Source: the human T2T-CHM13v2.0 reference genome, Homo sapiens
Direction: 5' to 3' (one strand)
Assembly (NCBI RefSeq): GCF_009914755.1
Contig: NC_060933.1
Length of the DNA: 64,000 nt
Part shown: positions 12,802-25,600 of the stretch, piece after piece
Layout of the letters: the number at the start of each line of letters is the position of its first letter
How positions within the stretch are numbered: position 1 is the stretch's first letter
Notes under the pieces: generated by a model
Told to the model about the DNA's origin: nothing
What the model saw: only the letters and a program-made list of their open reading frames with translations
The model's database searches: none
Translations under genes and position numbers: made by a program

Positions 12802-15800
12802 TGCATAACACTGACATTTTTATTAGAATTCATTTGTAACAAATGGAACTTGTGTCAGCAAAGAACTGATTTTCATACAGACTTCTTTCGCCACCAATGT
12901 AACGAAGTAAGAAAATAAAAAGCACGCCTTTCATTCTGTAAAACATTTACGCGTACTACTAATTAGAGGTAATTGTATTTTTTAACAAGCCATTTTACAA
13001 GTTATTTGTTTTAATTTTTCAGTCTATGCATCCAAAACGAGAGCAAAGAACACAACTGTTATTATCTTTGTAAAGACACTCCAAGCTGGGATGGCAAAGC
13101 CACATAACGGATGGATAGAATGGATCTGTAGCCTTCTGATCTCTGCTGGAGTATCAGGGCACCCATAAACCCAAAAGGAACCAAAACCCAAAAAGAAAAA
13201 CAAAAAGGGAATTAAAAATAAAAGGACTTAAAGCAAAACCGAAAATAAACAGGAAAGAAAAAAAATACGTGCATTACTGCAGACTTTTTTCCCTTCCTGT
13301 TTCTATGTTGTGTTATTTACATACACACAAATGAATTTCCGAAGCAGTTTCTTACAGATGGGTTCAAGTAATATCATTATTGGGTGTAGAATCAATAGGG
13401 CAGTGCATAGTACAAAGGTATAGAAAGTGCAAAGTTCCCTAGAGGCCCTTCCCTCCCCTGGCTGTCCTCGCCGTTTTCTAACCATGCAAATCATTTTTAA
13501 AAAAGAGCTAAAATAAAGTTCTGTACAAATCACTTTTTATATATTTTGATTTTTTTTACCATTGTAACTAATTACAAAATTATACATAACTACACGTACA
13601 TAGGTAAATAATAGCACCGTACTGGTTATGATGATGAAAATAACTGGAAACTTGAAAGCTTGTGGTAATGGCAGATAAAGATGGTTCACCTGGGAAATTA
13701 AAACTTGAATGGTTGTACAGAAAAGCACAGAGTGGAATGCACATCAATGACAGTAAGGGAGTTAGTTCTAGGAACAGCTCCTGAACAGTAAGATTCCCGC
13801 AATAGTCTCCGCCTCGTTCGTCTATGGTATGCATCCCATTCATTTTCTTCTTCTGATTATTGTCATCTTTCCCTTTGCCAAATGGGCAGTTATTGTTTCA
13901 GGGAGAGAAGCTGCTCATTGGCCAATCATTCTGGTGTGCAGTGCTCCATCGGATTCTACATGTCCAACAAGGCATGTCTGGATGATGCAATGTCTGTCTG
14001 ACCCCCTTTGTTTAACTAAAAGAAAATTATAGCACTGAGTAATCTGGCACTTGGATAAATCTCCAAAAAGATACAAACTAAAAGAAAATAATGATAACAG
14101 ACCCACATAGTGCACATTCTTCTCTGGTTCTGATGTAGGTTAGAGAGTCTCATTCTGAGGTAGCCTTCTAGATACTTTTTTTTAGTATTATATATATTTT
14201 CTTTTTTTTCTTTTTCTTTGTTTTTTACAAAAGTGCTCAAATACAATGCTTGCAAATGTTTGGTCTCTTGGATTTCACTCTGCTAGCAATGGGAAAATGT
14301 GGAAAACAAAAATCCTTCCATGCAGAACATCCATGAAGCTAAAATTAAACCAAAGTAGTATACTCATACCAAAACTCTTTAAGAGTTCCTTGGGTATTTT
14401 GAGGATTATTTAAAATCATGTAATATGTGGCAAACTTATGCCATCATCCATGGCTTCCTATAGAAATTCTGTTGGAAGAATTGGGGGTAAGATACATATA
14501 TATATATAGTTTATTTCCCCTTTTAGAAAAATCCTAATGGAATATCAAATATATTCCAAAGTTGCCAATGATATTTGTTACTAAAATAAGTTTGGTGCAG
14601 TTACTGCATGTTCCAGAGCGGATTTGGAAGGGAATATAAATAAAACAAGTAGCTTTTTCTGATGTTGATGATTGATTATAAAAGGAAGAAGGGCCCTGAT
14701 TATCCAAGTGCTTTGGGCTGGTACAATCACTAACATCCCCGACTTGGCTGAAAACTAGGAATGCATATTATTCAAAGAGTTTTTGTACATGTGGTAAACA
14801 GATAATGCTTTAATAGAAAGTAACAGATACGAACAGTGAATGGAAATACGAACCAAAAGCTAAAAAGAAATGCTATTAAAATAGGCATCAATTATAAGGC
14901 ACTCTAAATGCAAAACTAAAACCAAAACGAAACAAAGTACAGCACTTCCCAGGAATGCTGTATGCCACAAAATGTTTCTGACTGAACAGAGTAACATGAA
15001 TTTGGCTTTGCCCCTGTTACATATCATAAATGCAAATTTCATAGCACATACTATAGACAATATACGATTGAATACACTTTTTTTAAACAACTCGATAGCT
15101 GATATATTACAACATTCTCCCCTCCTAAAGGGATATGCACTGACCTTTCCCACATGCACACCTCTTAGCTATTTAATAATAATTTTTATTGCACTAGAGT
15201 GTTAGAAATATTGAACTTTGTTGGAAGCCTGACTAACAAACAAACAAAACAATTTGTGGATGTGATTGATTGGTTAGGTGGGGGTAGATTAGGTAGGAAA
15301 TCAGGGGGTGAGGTTTGACAATCAATCACTGATGTGCATTCCTCATTTCCCTTTAAAGAAATACCAATATGTCAAAAAATTAAGAATAAATGGAAAGAGA
15401 TGTTTACAATAGCTTTTCTACGTTTAAAAAAACTAAATCATGGAAGAACTGACTGACTGATAACTGTATCTATTTTTTGTGTGGACACACTGTCTATATA
15501 TACATAGACACCCTTATAAAATATGGATATATATGTATATATGTTAGCAGCAACTTTATACTTTGCGCCTCCCTGTTGATTCCAAAAACAAAACAAAATA
15601 ATAATTATCTTTGATTATTTGAAGAGAATGGGTACTTTCTCACCAATCAAAACTGAAGTGTAAAATTAATATATCTGACGAGACTGATACTGTAGATTGA
15701 GTTTTGCACAAAAATGTGCAAATTTTCAAATGATTTGATATTTCTACAGCAAGATATTACAGATAACAGTTCTACAGCTTAAAAAAACCTACGATTTGGA

Positions 15801-16429
15801 AATAAAAAAATGAAGAGTTATGTAACTTTTTTAAAATTCACTTTATCGAATGATACATTTTGTTAAAAAAAAGTTTACACAGTTAGAAATGAAGCACAGG
15901 TCAGCAGTATCTTTACAATACTAAAAAACTAAATCAAGGACTTTCTTTTTAAACATTCCCTCCCCTTTCCCCCTAAAATGTTATTATGAGCAGTATGGTG
16001 GGAAGGGGCGATGTCAAAGCAGAGTCCGTTTCATTGTGAGAAGCCACACCAGCACATATCTTGTGCTGAACTGCAGCATTCTGGCAATTTCTCCTTGCAC
16101 CTTTCAAGCAATCCTGAATAAGATGGTGGTTCTTTGCTGTGATTTCTTCTTCCCTTGATTTTGAATCCTTGAGGTATCTGTAAATAAAATCCTTCAGATG
16201 CCTCATCAGTCAGGATTCTCTTCATTATTTTTCAGGTTAGATTATTAAACTGTGAATTCTTGGTCCACCTGGAATAATTTGTTTTTAATTTGTTTTGTGT
16301 GTAATAGTCCCACTAAGTAGTTGTTAGCTAGAAGTTAAGAAGGACTTCTCAAGTGCCCTGTATGGCTCAGAAGAGACTCCATGGATATTGAAGGGCCTGT
16401 AGTAAAAATCCAGAATGGGTCAGGGGTTT
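12802..16429 (-). other. PTPRD: PTPRD 3' UTR (~3.6 kb; distal end approximate)
   Basis: AU-rich sequence with no recognisable interspersed repeat runs from the stop codon to a poly(A) hexamer. Old repeats resume below ~12700. Confidence 0.85.
12819..12824 (-). terminator. Distal polyadenylation signal AATAAA
   Basis: Plus-strand tttatt. A U/GU-rich element (cctttgcttttgt on minus) lies ~25-40 nt downstream. Confidence 0.8.
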
Positions 16430-16498
16430 CTACGTTGCATAGTGGTCAAAGCTGCCCAGGTACTCTAGTGCGGCACGATAGGAAAACTGATATTGATC
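16430..16498 (-). CDS. PTPRD: PTPRD last exon, coding part with stop codon
   Basis: cctgcag|GAT CAA TAT...GCA ACG TAG. Translates [22 protein letters not shown], the LAR-family C-terminus. Confidence 0.97.
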   Translation of the reverse strand, partial: DQYQFSYRAALEYLGSFDHYAT

Positions 16499-18386
16499 CT
16501 GCAGGAGACAATGAATGGGGAGAAGCAAAAGAAGGGACCATGAGCATATTTTAATAGAAAAATAAAAATCAATATTGCATAACAAAATAACATCTATATA
16601 GGGGCAAAATCACTACTTTCGTCAACTGGTCTAATCCAATGACCAATTGTTTATAGTGAACAAAGAAAAAGCCACATGGGGTGTTGATTAACTTTGCCAA
16701 TCAATTTGACTAAAACGATCTCCCAATTCCAAGCAGTGGCAGGTCGAGTGAACATTACCTTCCCAGACAAGTGTTTTCCAAGTAGTATCAAACCATTACC
16801 ACCAATTGAACACATAAACTTCTTACATGCCTTATAAGCAGATAATGATGAAAATCATCCTTTACAATTATCTGCTTATTCAAGATAACTAATTCTCAGT
16901 TTAAATATTTAAGAGAGGCTGATACAGACACAAACTGTCCTGAGAAAAATCTGAATTTACTTATCTTCTGAACTACTGCCAACAGAATTTGAATTTTTAA
17001 AAAATTATGTTTGGACAGTAGAGCTTGCAGTGAGAATCACTCACAGTCATTTCAGCTACCCTTTGGCTGTCTCTCTCACTTACATATGATGTTCATATAC
17101 AGCCAGAAGGTAGCTGGTGCGGCACACCAGGCACACAAATCCATTTACACAGGGCACTGGACTTCCAAGCTTTCCATCCCTGAAAATGGCTTCACAGGAC
17201 TGGCTGCCCACATCAAAAAATACCTGTAAATTCAGCCCAATTCTGTGTGATTGCTAGTTGTCTGTTTTAGAGAGGCACACACTAAAAAAAAGCAGTATGA
17301 AGCATGGCCTTTTTCAGACAACGAAGAACACTATCATATTGGAATAAATTGAAGCATTGTTGGAGAGATGGAAAAATCACAATTTACAGCTCTCTATAGG
17401 GATGAGGAAAAGGATTTTCCCCATAAAAGAAACCTATTTTCAGTGGCCAATCGGGCTGAAAGTAGACAGATAGTTTCTATTTTGCTTAAATGTGCATTTT
17501 TCTGTAATAAAAATGGTTGGTAATGCAAAATAAATGGTGTTTACTTTCCTATCTTGTCACAGTAAGTTGCTTGGCTGAGTGTTAAGGCTTTTTAAATGTC
17601 CAATTTCCCTCTGTAACCCCTAAGACCCATTAAGTTTGTCAAGCTGGCATAATGTTTTGACTATTGCAAGCCAAACACTTGCACTACTTTGAAATCCGTC
17701 TGAAAGATACTGTGGATGATGAATTGAGGAACACATATAAGTTGTATAATTTGGTGGCCTTTTGCAGAACATAAACTCTATCAGTAATATTATCTTTAGA
17801 AATGAATGCTCAATAGACCAGACTGGCTATATCATAAACTCTTATTATTACGAGAAATATCCAAATTTCCATATTAATTATTGGAATAGGAAATGAGGGG
17901 CTAATATTAATATCTCTAGGCTTATCCAGAATCAAAATGTTTTGAATGGCCATTGTTAAGACATGAAATATAGAAGAGCTGATACCTCTGTAGGCATACA
18001 GAGGGAGAATGGAGAAGTTAAATGGGCTGAGATTATATTATGTACTAAATATTATGCTTTCTATATATTTATATATTTATATTATAGGACTATGAATATA
18101 ACGAATTTTATGAAATTGCCATTTTATTGGTCAAAAATGGTCCAGTAGTAAAATTTAACATAGCTCAATCTAACATATAATCTCACATAATTTCTATAGC
18201 AACACTAAGACACTAATAATCTCATCCCATTTAAAAAGGGGGAAAATGAGGTTCAAAATTATTAAACAGTTTGATGCTTTCCCCACAGTATTTTGTGTCT
18301 GGTGTTGAGAGAGTATGGAGTCCGGGAGGTCCAGGCTAGCAAAACGTAGGCTCTTGAGATGCGAAAAATGCAATGGATTTTCTCAC

Positions 18387-18522
18387 CTCTGTCTGTACCA
18401 TAGCTGGTCGTTGTGTTCTTAACATTTTGACAGTCTGGAAGATATCTACAACTCCTTCATATCTCATTCTTTCCAAAACAATGCTTAGCGTTATGAAGAC
18501 TCCAGTTCTTCCAACGCCCGCG
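18387..18522 (-). CDS. PTPRD: PTPRD penultimate coding exon (136 nt), D2
   Basis: tgtggcag|C GCG...ACA GAG|gtgaga. Translates [45 protein letters not shown]. Confidence 0.97.
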
Positions 18523-20017
18523 CTGCCACAATAACAAAGGCGATGTTACTGGGTGAGATGTTCACAGTCTTGGCCACATTTGCTTGGGTGTGGACATACT
18601 TCTACCAGCTTCCACACTCCGTATCTCTTTATAGCCATATTCAGGAAAACATGGTATCACATTCATCAAATGATTACTCTTGGGATACTGAGTTGTAACA
18701 GCATGTGATAATGAGGATGAAGTAATTAGGAGTAAGTCTAATAAAAGGTCTTTTCAATGGGGATTTATACCATTTTAGAAAGACCAAGGAAACATAACAA
18801 ATGAAAAGAAAGGGTAAATAACATATAGGTTTATAATATTCATGGAGATTCTGAAATTTACAACCTGCCTACTTAATATTTTTAAAGTATGAAATAATTC
18901 AGAATAAGGTGAAGTGAATTTGGCATCTTCAACTTTTCTATCACACTGTTCACATTTTGCAGTTACTTAAAATACATATGCGATGCCCATAACCTAAATG
19001 TATTTGCCTATAACTAGTCAAATGTTTACACTGGTTTTATTATGAGAAAAGAGATGGTATAACAGGGTATATACGTGATTTTCACTTAGTCTTCAGGAGG
19101 GTTTATGACTATCCTGTAAGTGTACGTACACATGAAGTAAATACTATGTTGTTTTCTTATTTCTTGAGACTTAGAACTTTCAACAGATTCTCACAGGGGT
19201 CTCTAATCTTAAAAAAAAATGGTTAAGAGCCATTGATCTCTGAACTTAGCTACCATTTTTACATGATCAGCAACTAAAACCACATTAGAAAGGTTTTGAG
19301 TTTCTCTCTGTTGTCTTCATTGTTTTAAGATAACTCCAGAATCTTCACGGTAGCAAGAAAGAAAATTAATTCATAGCTCTTGTGCACTTAAGGAGGAAAG
19401 CAATGGGAAGTTCAGATAATGAGGGAAACAGTGAATAATCTGAAAAATCCCTGCATTTTTGGATCCTAATTAAACAGCATGTGTAACACTTGGGCACGGG
19501 CTGTAGAAAATAGATGGATTCATTTACTGGAGGGTGTAGCTGACAGGCATATATAAATAGTGTGTCCCTTTATAAATGGGGTTTCTACAGTCTAAACAGA
19601 AATGTTAAGTGAGGTTTGAAAATCCAAGCGGAGTCAGTCTTTAAGAAGTGATTGAAGATGTCTAGCGGCAGTGAAACCTTCTGTTAAGATGAAGCAGATG
19701 ACCTTGAAGGTCCCTTTTAACCTTGAAAGTCTCTCTTAGTTGTGAGAAACTGAGATTTATTATCTTTTTGTTGAATGATCTAGGTACTCCAGAGTCTATC
19801 TTACCTTGCCAGAGTCTATCTTACCTTGATTTGATAGCTCGAATGCAACAAAAACATTGGGTTACTTTCTACTAAGTATTTTCAAAAAAAGAACAGACAT
19901 TGGACTCACAACTTTTCAATTTACTGGTTTTATCATCTTACTTTAATAAGTTATAAATAAGAAAAGTGGTATTTTCAGAACATTCCTAAATAAGAGGAAA
20001 TATATAGAAGTCTTCTT

Positions 20018-20083
<66 letters not shown>
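20018..20083. repeat. Compound (TG)n(TA)n microsatellite
   Basis: Directly visible: ~13 TG units followed by ~20 TA units. Confidence 0.97.
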
Positions 20084-20087
<4 letters not shown>

Positions 20088-20360
20088 GTATATGCATCGC
20101 AATTCCTTTAGCATTATACTAAAGGAATATTAAAATTATTTTATGACAAAAACAATGAGAACAGGCACACATAACACATTTATGTACCTATACATATAAG
20201 GATGCCTAAAGTTAAGAAGATGTATTAAATTAAAGATACTCTTTTCCTTAGAGATTATTTTAGAAAAGTTTAAATTAGCATTTGGGCAAATTATGAGTAA
20301 AGATAAAAGAAATATCCAGGTAATTCAATCCCAATATATACCATCTACTTTGTCTGAATA

Positions 20361-22657
20361 TGGGTATACACTGTTTTATTGTGCTATACTTTATGGAGTT
20401 TTGCAGATACTGTGTTTTTCACAAATTGAACGTCTGTGTCAATCTTGCATTGAACAAGTATATTGGTGCCATTTTTCCACCAGCACATACTTGGTTTGTG
20501 TCTCTGTGTAGCAGTTTGGTAATTCTTGTAATATTTCAAATTTTTTCATACTATTACATCTGTTAAAGTGATCTGTGATCACTGATCTTTGATGTTACTA
20601 CTGCAATTGGTTTGGGGTGCCATGAACCATGACCATAAGACAACAAACACTTAATTGACAAATGTGTGTGTTATGACTGCTTCACCAACCAGCAGTTTCC
20701 CCATCTGTCTTTTTCTCCTCAGGCCTCCCTATTCCTTGAGACACAACAATATCGAAATTAGGCCAGTTAATAACCCTACAATGGCCTCTAAGTGTTCAAG
20801 TGAAAGGGAGAGTCGCGTGTATCTAACTAACTTTAAATCACAAACTAGAAATAATTAAGCTTAAAGCCCAGATGTGCTGAAAGCTAGGCCTCTCGCACCA
20901 AACAGCCTAGTTGTGAATGCAAAGTTCCTGAAGGAAATTAAAAGTGCTACTCCAGTGAACACATGAATGATAAGGAAGTAGAACAGCTTTACTGCTGATA
21001 TGAAGAAAGTTTTAAAGGCCTGCATAGAAGATCAAATCATTTACAACATTCCCTTAAATCAAAGCCTAGGCCAGAGCAAGGCCCTAACTCTCTTCAATTC
21101 TATGAAGGCTGGGAGGTGAGGAGGCTGCAGAAGAAAAGTTTGAAGTTAGCACAGGTTGGCTTATGAGGTTTAAGGAAGGAAGCCAACCCCATAACATAAA
21201 AGTGCAAGGTGAAGCAATAAGTGCTGTTACAGAAGCTGTAGCAAGTTATCCAGAATATCTAGCTAAGATCATTGATGAAGGTGGCTACATTAAAAAAGAG
21301 ATCTTCAATGTAGACAAACATCATTATATTGGAAGAAGTTGTCATCTAAGACTTTGATAGCTACAGAGGAGGAGTCAATGCCTGACTTCAGAACTTCAAA
21401 GAACAGGCTGACTCTCTTGTTAGGGGCTCATGCAGCTGGTGACATTAAGCTGAAGCCAAAGCTCATTTACCATTTGAAAATCCTAGGGCTCTCAAGAATT
21501 ACACTAAATATACTCAAGTGAAAGGAAGAGTTATACATCTCTCATTTTAAGTCAAAAGCTTGAAAAAATTAAGTTTTAGTAAGGAAGGCACGTTGAACAT
21601 CAAGACAGGCTGAAAGCTCGACCTCTTGTACCAAATAGCCCAGTTCTATAAATGGAACAAGAAAGAATGGATGATAAGACATCCGTTTATAGCATGGTTG
21701 ACTGAACATTTTAAGGCCACTCTTGAGACCTAGTGCTTAGAATAAAAGATTCTTTTCAAGATAATACTGCTCATTGACAACATACCTTGTTACCCAAGAG
21801 CTCTGGTGGAATGTACAAGGAGATTAATGTTCTCATGCCTGTGAACACAATATTGATTCTGCAGCCCAATGGATCAAGGAGGAATTTCAACTTTAAAGTT
21901 TTGTTATTTAAGAACTACATTTTATAAGGCTATACATTCTATAGATAGATAGTGATTTCTCTGATAGGTCTGGGCAAAGTAAATTGAAAATTTACTGGAA
22001 GTAATTCACCATTCTATATGCCATTAAAAACATTTGTGATTCACGGGAGAAGATCAAATTATCAACAGTAACAGGAGTTTGGAAGAAGTTGATTCCAATC
22101 TTCATGGATGACTTTGAGGGGTTCAAGACTTCAGTAGAGGAAGAAATTGCAAAAATGGTGGAATAGCAAGATAACTAGAACTAGAAGTGGAGCCAGGAGA
22201 TGGGACTGAACTGCTGCAATCTCATGATAAAACCTGAATACATGAGGAGTTGTTCCTTACGGATGAGCAAAGAAAGTGGCTTCTCAAGATGGAATATACT
22301 CATGAAGATGCTGTGAACACTGTGGAAATGACAACAAAGGATTTAGAATAGTACATAAACAAAGTTAATAGAAAAGCAGCAGGGTTGCAGAGGAATGACT
22401 CCAATTTTGAAAGAAGTTCTACTGTGAGTAAAATGCTATCAAACAACATTGCATGGTGCAGAGAAGGCTCTTGACTTTGTCACTTAGTCACTTGATGTGG
22501 CAAACTTCATTATTATTTTCTTTTAAGAAATTGCTACAGCCACCTCACCCTTCAGAAACCACCGCCCATCGATTAGTCAGCAGCCATCAAAATAGAGGCA
22601 AGACCCTCAACCAGCAAAAAGATTAAAACTTACCGGAGGCTCAGATGATGATTAGCA
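20361..22657 (+). mobile_element. Tigger1 DNA transposon, 5' part (decayed transposase)
   Basis: TA then tgggtatacact...ttttattg. ORF-track peptides [18 protein letters not shown]... and [21 protein letters not shown] are pogo/Tigger1 transposase remnants. Confidence 0.9.
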
Positions 22658-25600
22658 TTTTTTTTTTTTTTTAAACTTTAAGTTCTGGGGTAGATGAGAA
22701 AAAAGTGCTGGTTTGTTACATAGGTATAAATGCACCAGGGTGGTTTACTGCACCCATCAACCCATCATCTACATTAGGTATATCTCCTGATGCTATCCCT
22801 CCCCCAGGCCCCCACCCCCTGGCAGGCCCTGGTGTGTGATGTTCGCTTCCCTGCGTCCACGTGTTCTCACTATTCCACTCCCACTTATAAGTGAGAATAT
22901 GCGGCGTTTGATTTTCTGTTCCTGTGTTAGTTTGCTGAGAATGATGGTTTCCAGCTTCATCCATGTCCCTGCAAAGGACATGAACTCATCCTTTTTTATG
23001 GCTGCACAGTATTCCATGGTGTATATGTGCCGCATTTTCTTTATCCAATCTATCATTGATGGACATTTGGGTTGCTTACAAGTCTTTGCTATTGTGAATA
23101 GTGCCACAATAAACATATGTGTGCATGTGTCTTTGTAGTAGAATGATTTACAATCCTTTGGGTATACACTCAGTAATGGGATTGCTGGGTCAAATGGTAT
23201 TTCTGGTTCTAGATCCTTGAGGAATCACCAAACTGTCTTCCACACTGGTTTAACTAATTTACACACCCACCAACAGTGTAAAAGCATTCCTATTTCTCCA
23301 CATCCTCCCCAGCATCTGTTGTTTCCTGACTTTTTAATGATCGACATTCTAATTGGTGTAAGATGGTATCTCATTGTGGTTTTGATTTGCATTTCTCTAA
23401 TGACCAGTGATAGTGAGCATTTTTTCATATGTTTGTCTGCCGCATCAGTGTCTTCTTTTGAGAAGTGTCTGTTCATATCCTTCGCCCACTTTTTGATGAG
23501 GTTGTTGTTTTCCTGTAAATTTGTTTAAGTTCTTTGTAGATTCTGGATATTAGCCCTTTGTCAGATGGATAGATAGCAAAAATTTCCTCCCATTCTGTAG
23601 GTTGCCTGTTCACTCTGATGGTAGTTTTTTATGCTGTGCAGAAGCTCTTTAGTTTAATTAGATCCCATTTGCCACTTTTGGCTTTAGTTGCCATTGCTTT
23701 TGGTGTTTTAGTCCTGAAGTCTTTGTGTATACCTATGTCCTGAATGGTATTGCCTAGGTTTTCTTCTAGGGGTTTTCATCATTTTACATCTTAGGTTTAA
23801 GTCTTTAATCCATCTTGAGTTAATTTTTGTATAAGGAAGGGATCCAGTCTCAGTTTTCTGCATATGGCCAGCCAGTTTTCCCAACACCATTTATTAAATA
23901 GAGGAGCCTTTCCCCATTCTTGTTTTCCCTCAGGTTTGTCAAAGATAAGATGTTTGCAGATGTGTGGTGTTACTTCTGAGGCCTCTGTTCTGTTCCATTG
24001 GTCTATATCTCTGTTTTGGTACCAGTACCATGCTGTTTTGGTTACTGTAGCCTTGTTTGAAGTCAGGTAGCATGATCTCTCAAGCCTTGTTCTTTTTGCT
24101 TAGGATTGTCTTGGCTTTGTGGGCTCTTTTTTGGTTCCATGTCAAATTTAAAGTAGTTTTTTCCCATTCTGTGAAGAAAGTCATTGGTAGCTTGATGGGG
24201 ATGGCATTGAATCTATAAATTACCTTGGGCAGTATGGCCATTTTCACGATATTGATTCTTCCTATCCGTGAGCATGGAATGTTCTTCCATTTGTGTCCTC
24301 TCTTGTTTCATTGAACAGTGGTTTGTAGTTCTCCTTGAAGAGGTCCTTCACATTCCTTGTTAAGTTGGACTCCTAGGTATTTTATCTTTTTTGAAGCAAT
24401 TGTGAATGGGAGTTCACTCGTGATTTGGCTATTATTGGTGTATAGGAATGCTTGTGATTTTTGCACATTGATTTTGTATCCTGAGACTTTCCTGAAGTTG
24501 CTTATCAGCTTAAGGAGATTTTGGGATGAGATGATGGGGTTTTCTAAATATACAATGTTGTCATGTGCAAACAGAGACAATTTGACTTCCACTTTTTCTA
24601 ATTGAATAACATTTATTTCTTTCTGTTGCCTGACTGCCTTGGCCAGAACTTCCAATACTGTGTTGAATAGGAGCAGTGAGAGAGGGCATCCCTCTCTTGT
24701 GCTACTTTTCAAAGGGAGTGCTTCCAGTTTTTGCCCATTCTGTAGGATAGTGGCTGTGCGTTTGTCATAAATAGCTCTTCTTCTTTTGAGATACGTTCCA
24801 TCAGTACCTAGTTTTTTGAGAGTTGTTAGCATAAAGGGCTCATGAATTTTGCCAAAGGCCTTTTCTGCATCTATTGAGATAATCATGTGGTTTTTGTCAT
24901 TGGCTCTGTGTATGTGATGGATTACGTTCATTGATTTGTGTATGTTGAACAAGCCTTGCATCCCAGGGATGAAGCCGACTTGATCGTGGTGGATAAGCTT
25001 TTTGATGTGCTGCTGGATTCGGTTTGCCAGTATTTTATTGAGGATTTTGGCATCGATGTTCATCAGGGATATTGGCCTGGAATTTTCTTTTTTGTTGTGT
25101 CTCTGCCAGGTTTTGGTATCAGGATGATGCTGGCCTCATAAAATGAGTTAGGAAGGAGTCCCTCTTTTTGTATTGTTTGCAATAGTTTCAGAAGGAATGG
25201 TACCAATTCCTCTTTGTACCTCTGGTAGAATTCGTCTGGTCCTGGACTTTTTTTGGTTGCTAGGCTATTAATTACTGCCTCAATTTCAGAACTTGTTATT
25301 GGTCTATGCAGAGATTCAACTTCTTCCTGGTTTAGTCTTGGGAGGGTGTACGTCTCCAGGAATTTATCCATTTCTTCTAGATTTTCTAGTTTATTTGCAT
25401 AGAGGTGTTGATAGTATTCTCTGATGGTAGTTTGTATTTGTGTGGGATCAGTGGTGATTTCCCCTTTGTCCTTTTTTATTGTGTCTGTTTGAGTCTTCTG
25501 TCTTTTCTATCTATTTTGTTGATCTTTTCCAAAAGCCAGCTCCTGGATTCATTGATTTTTTGAAGGGTTTTTCGTGTCTCTATCTCCTTCAGTTCTGTAG

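Noticed and set aside
21163-21521. Transposase-like ORFs suggesting a domesticated TIGD gene
   Set aside because: Short and broken by stops, frameshifts and an internal insertion; an ordinary Tigger1 fossil.
24308-25371. 251-aa and 102-aa reverse-transcriptase-like ORFs (also 33789-34358)
   Set aside because: These are fragments of frameshifted L1 ORF2. The left copy has FAHDN in place of the catalytic FADD motif. They are neither functional genes nor an active L1.
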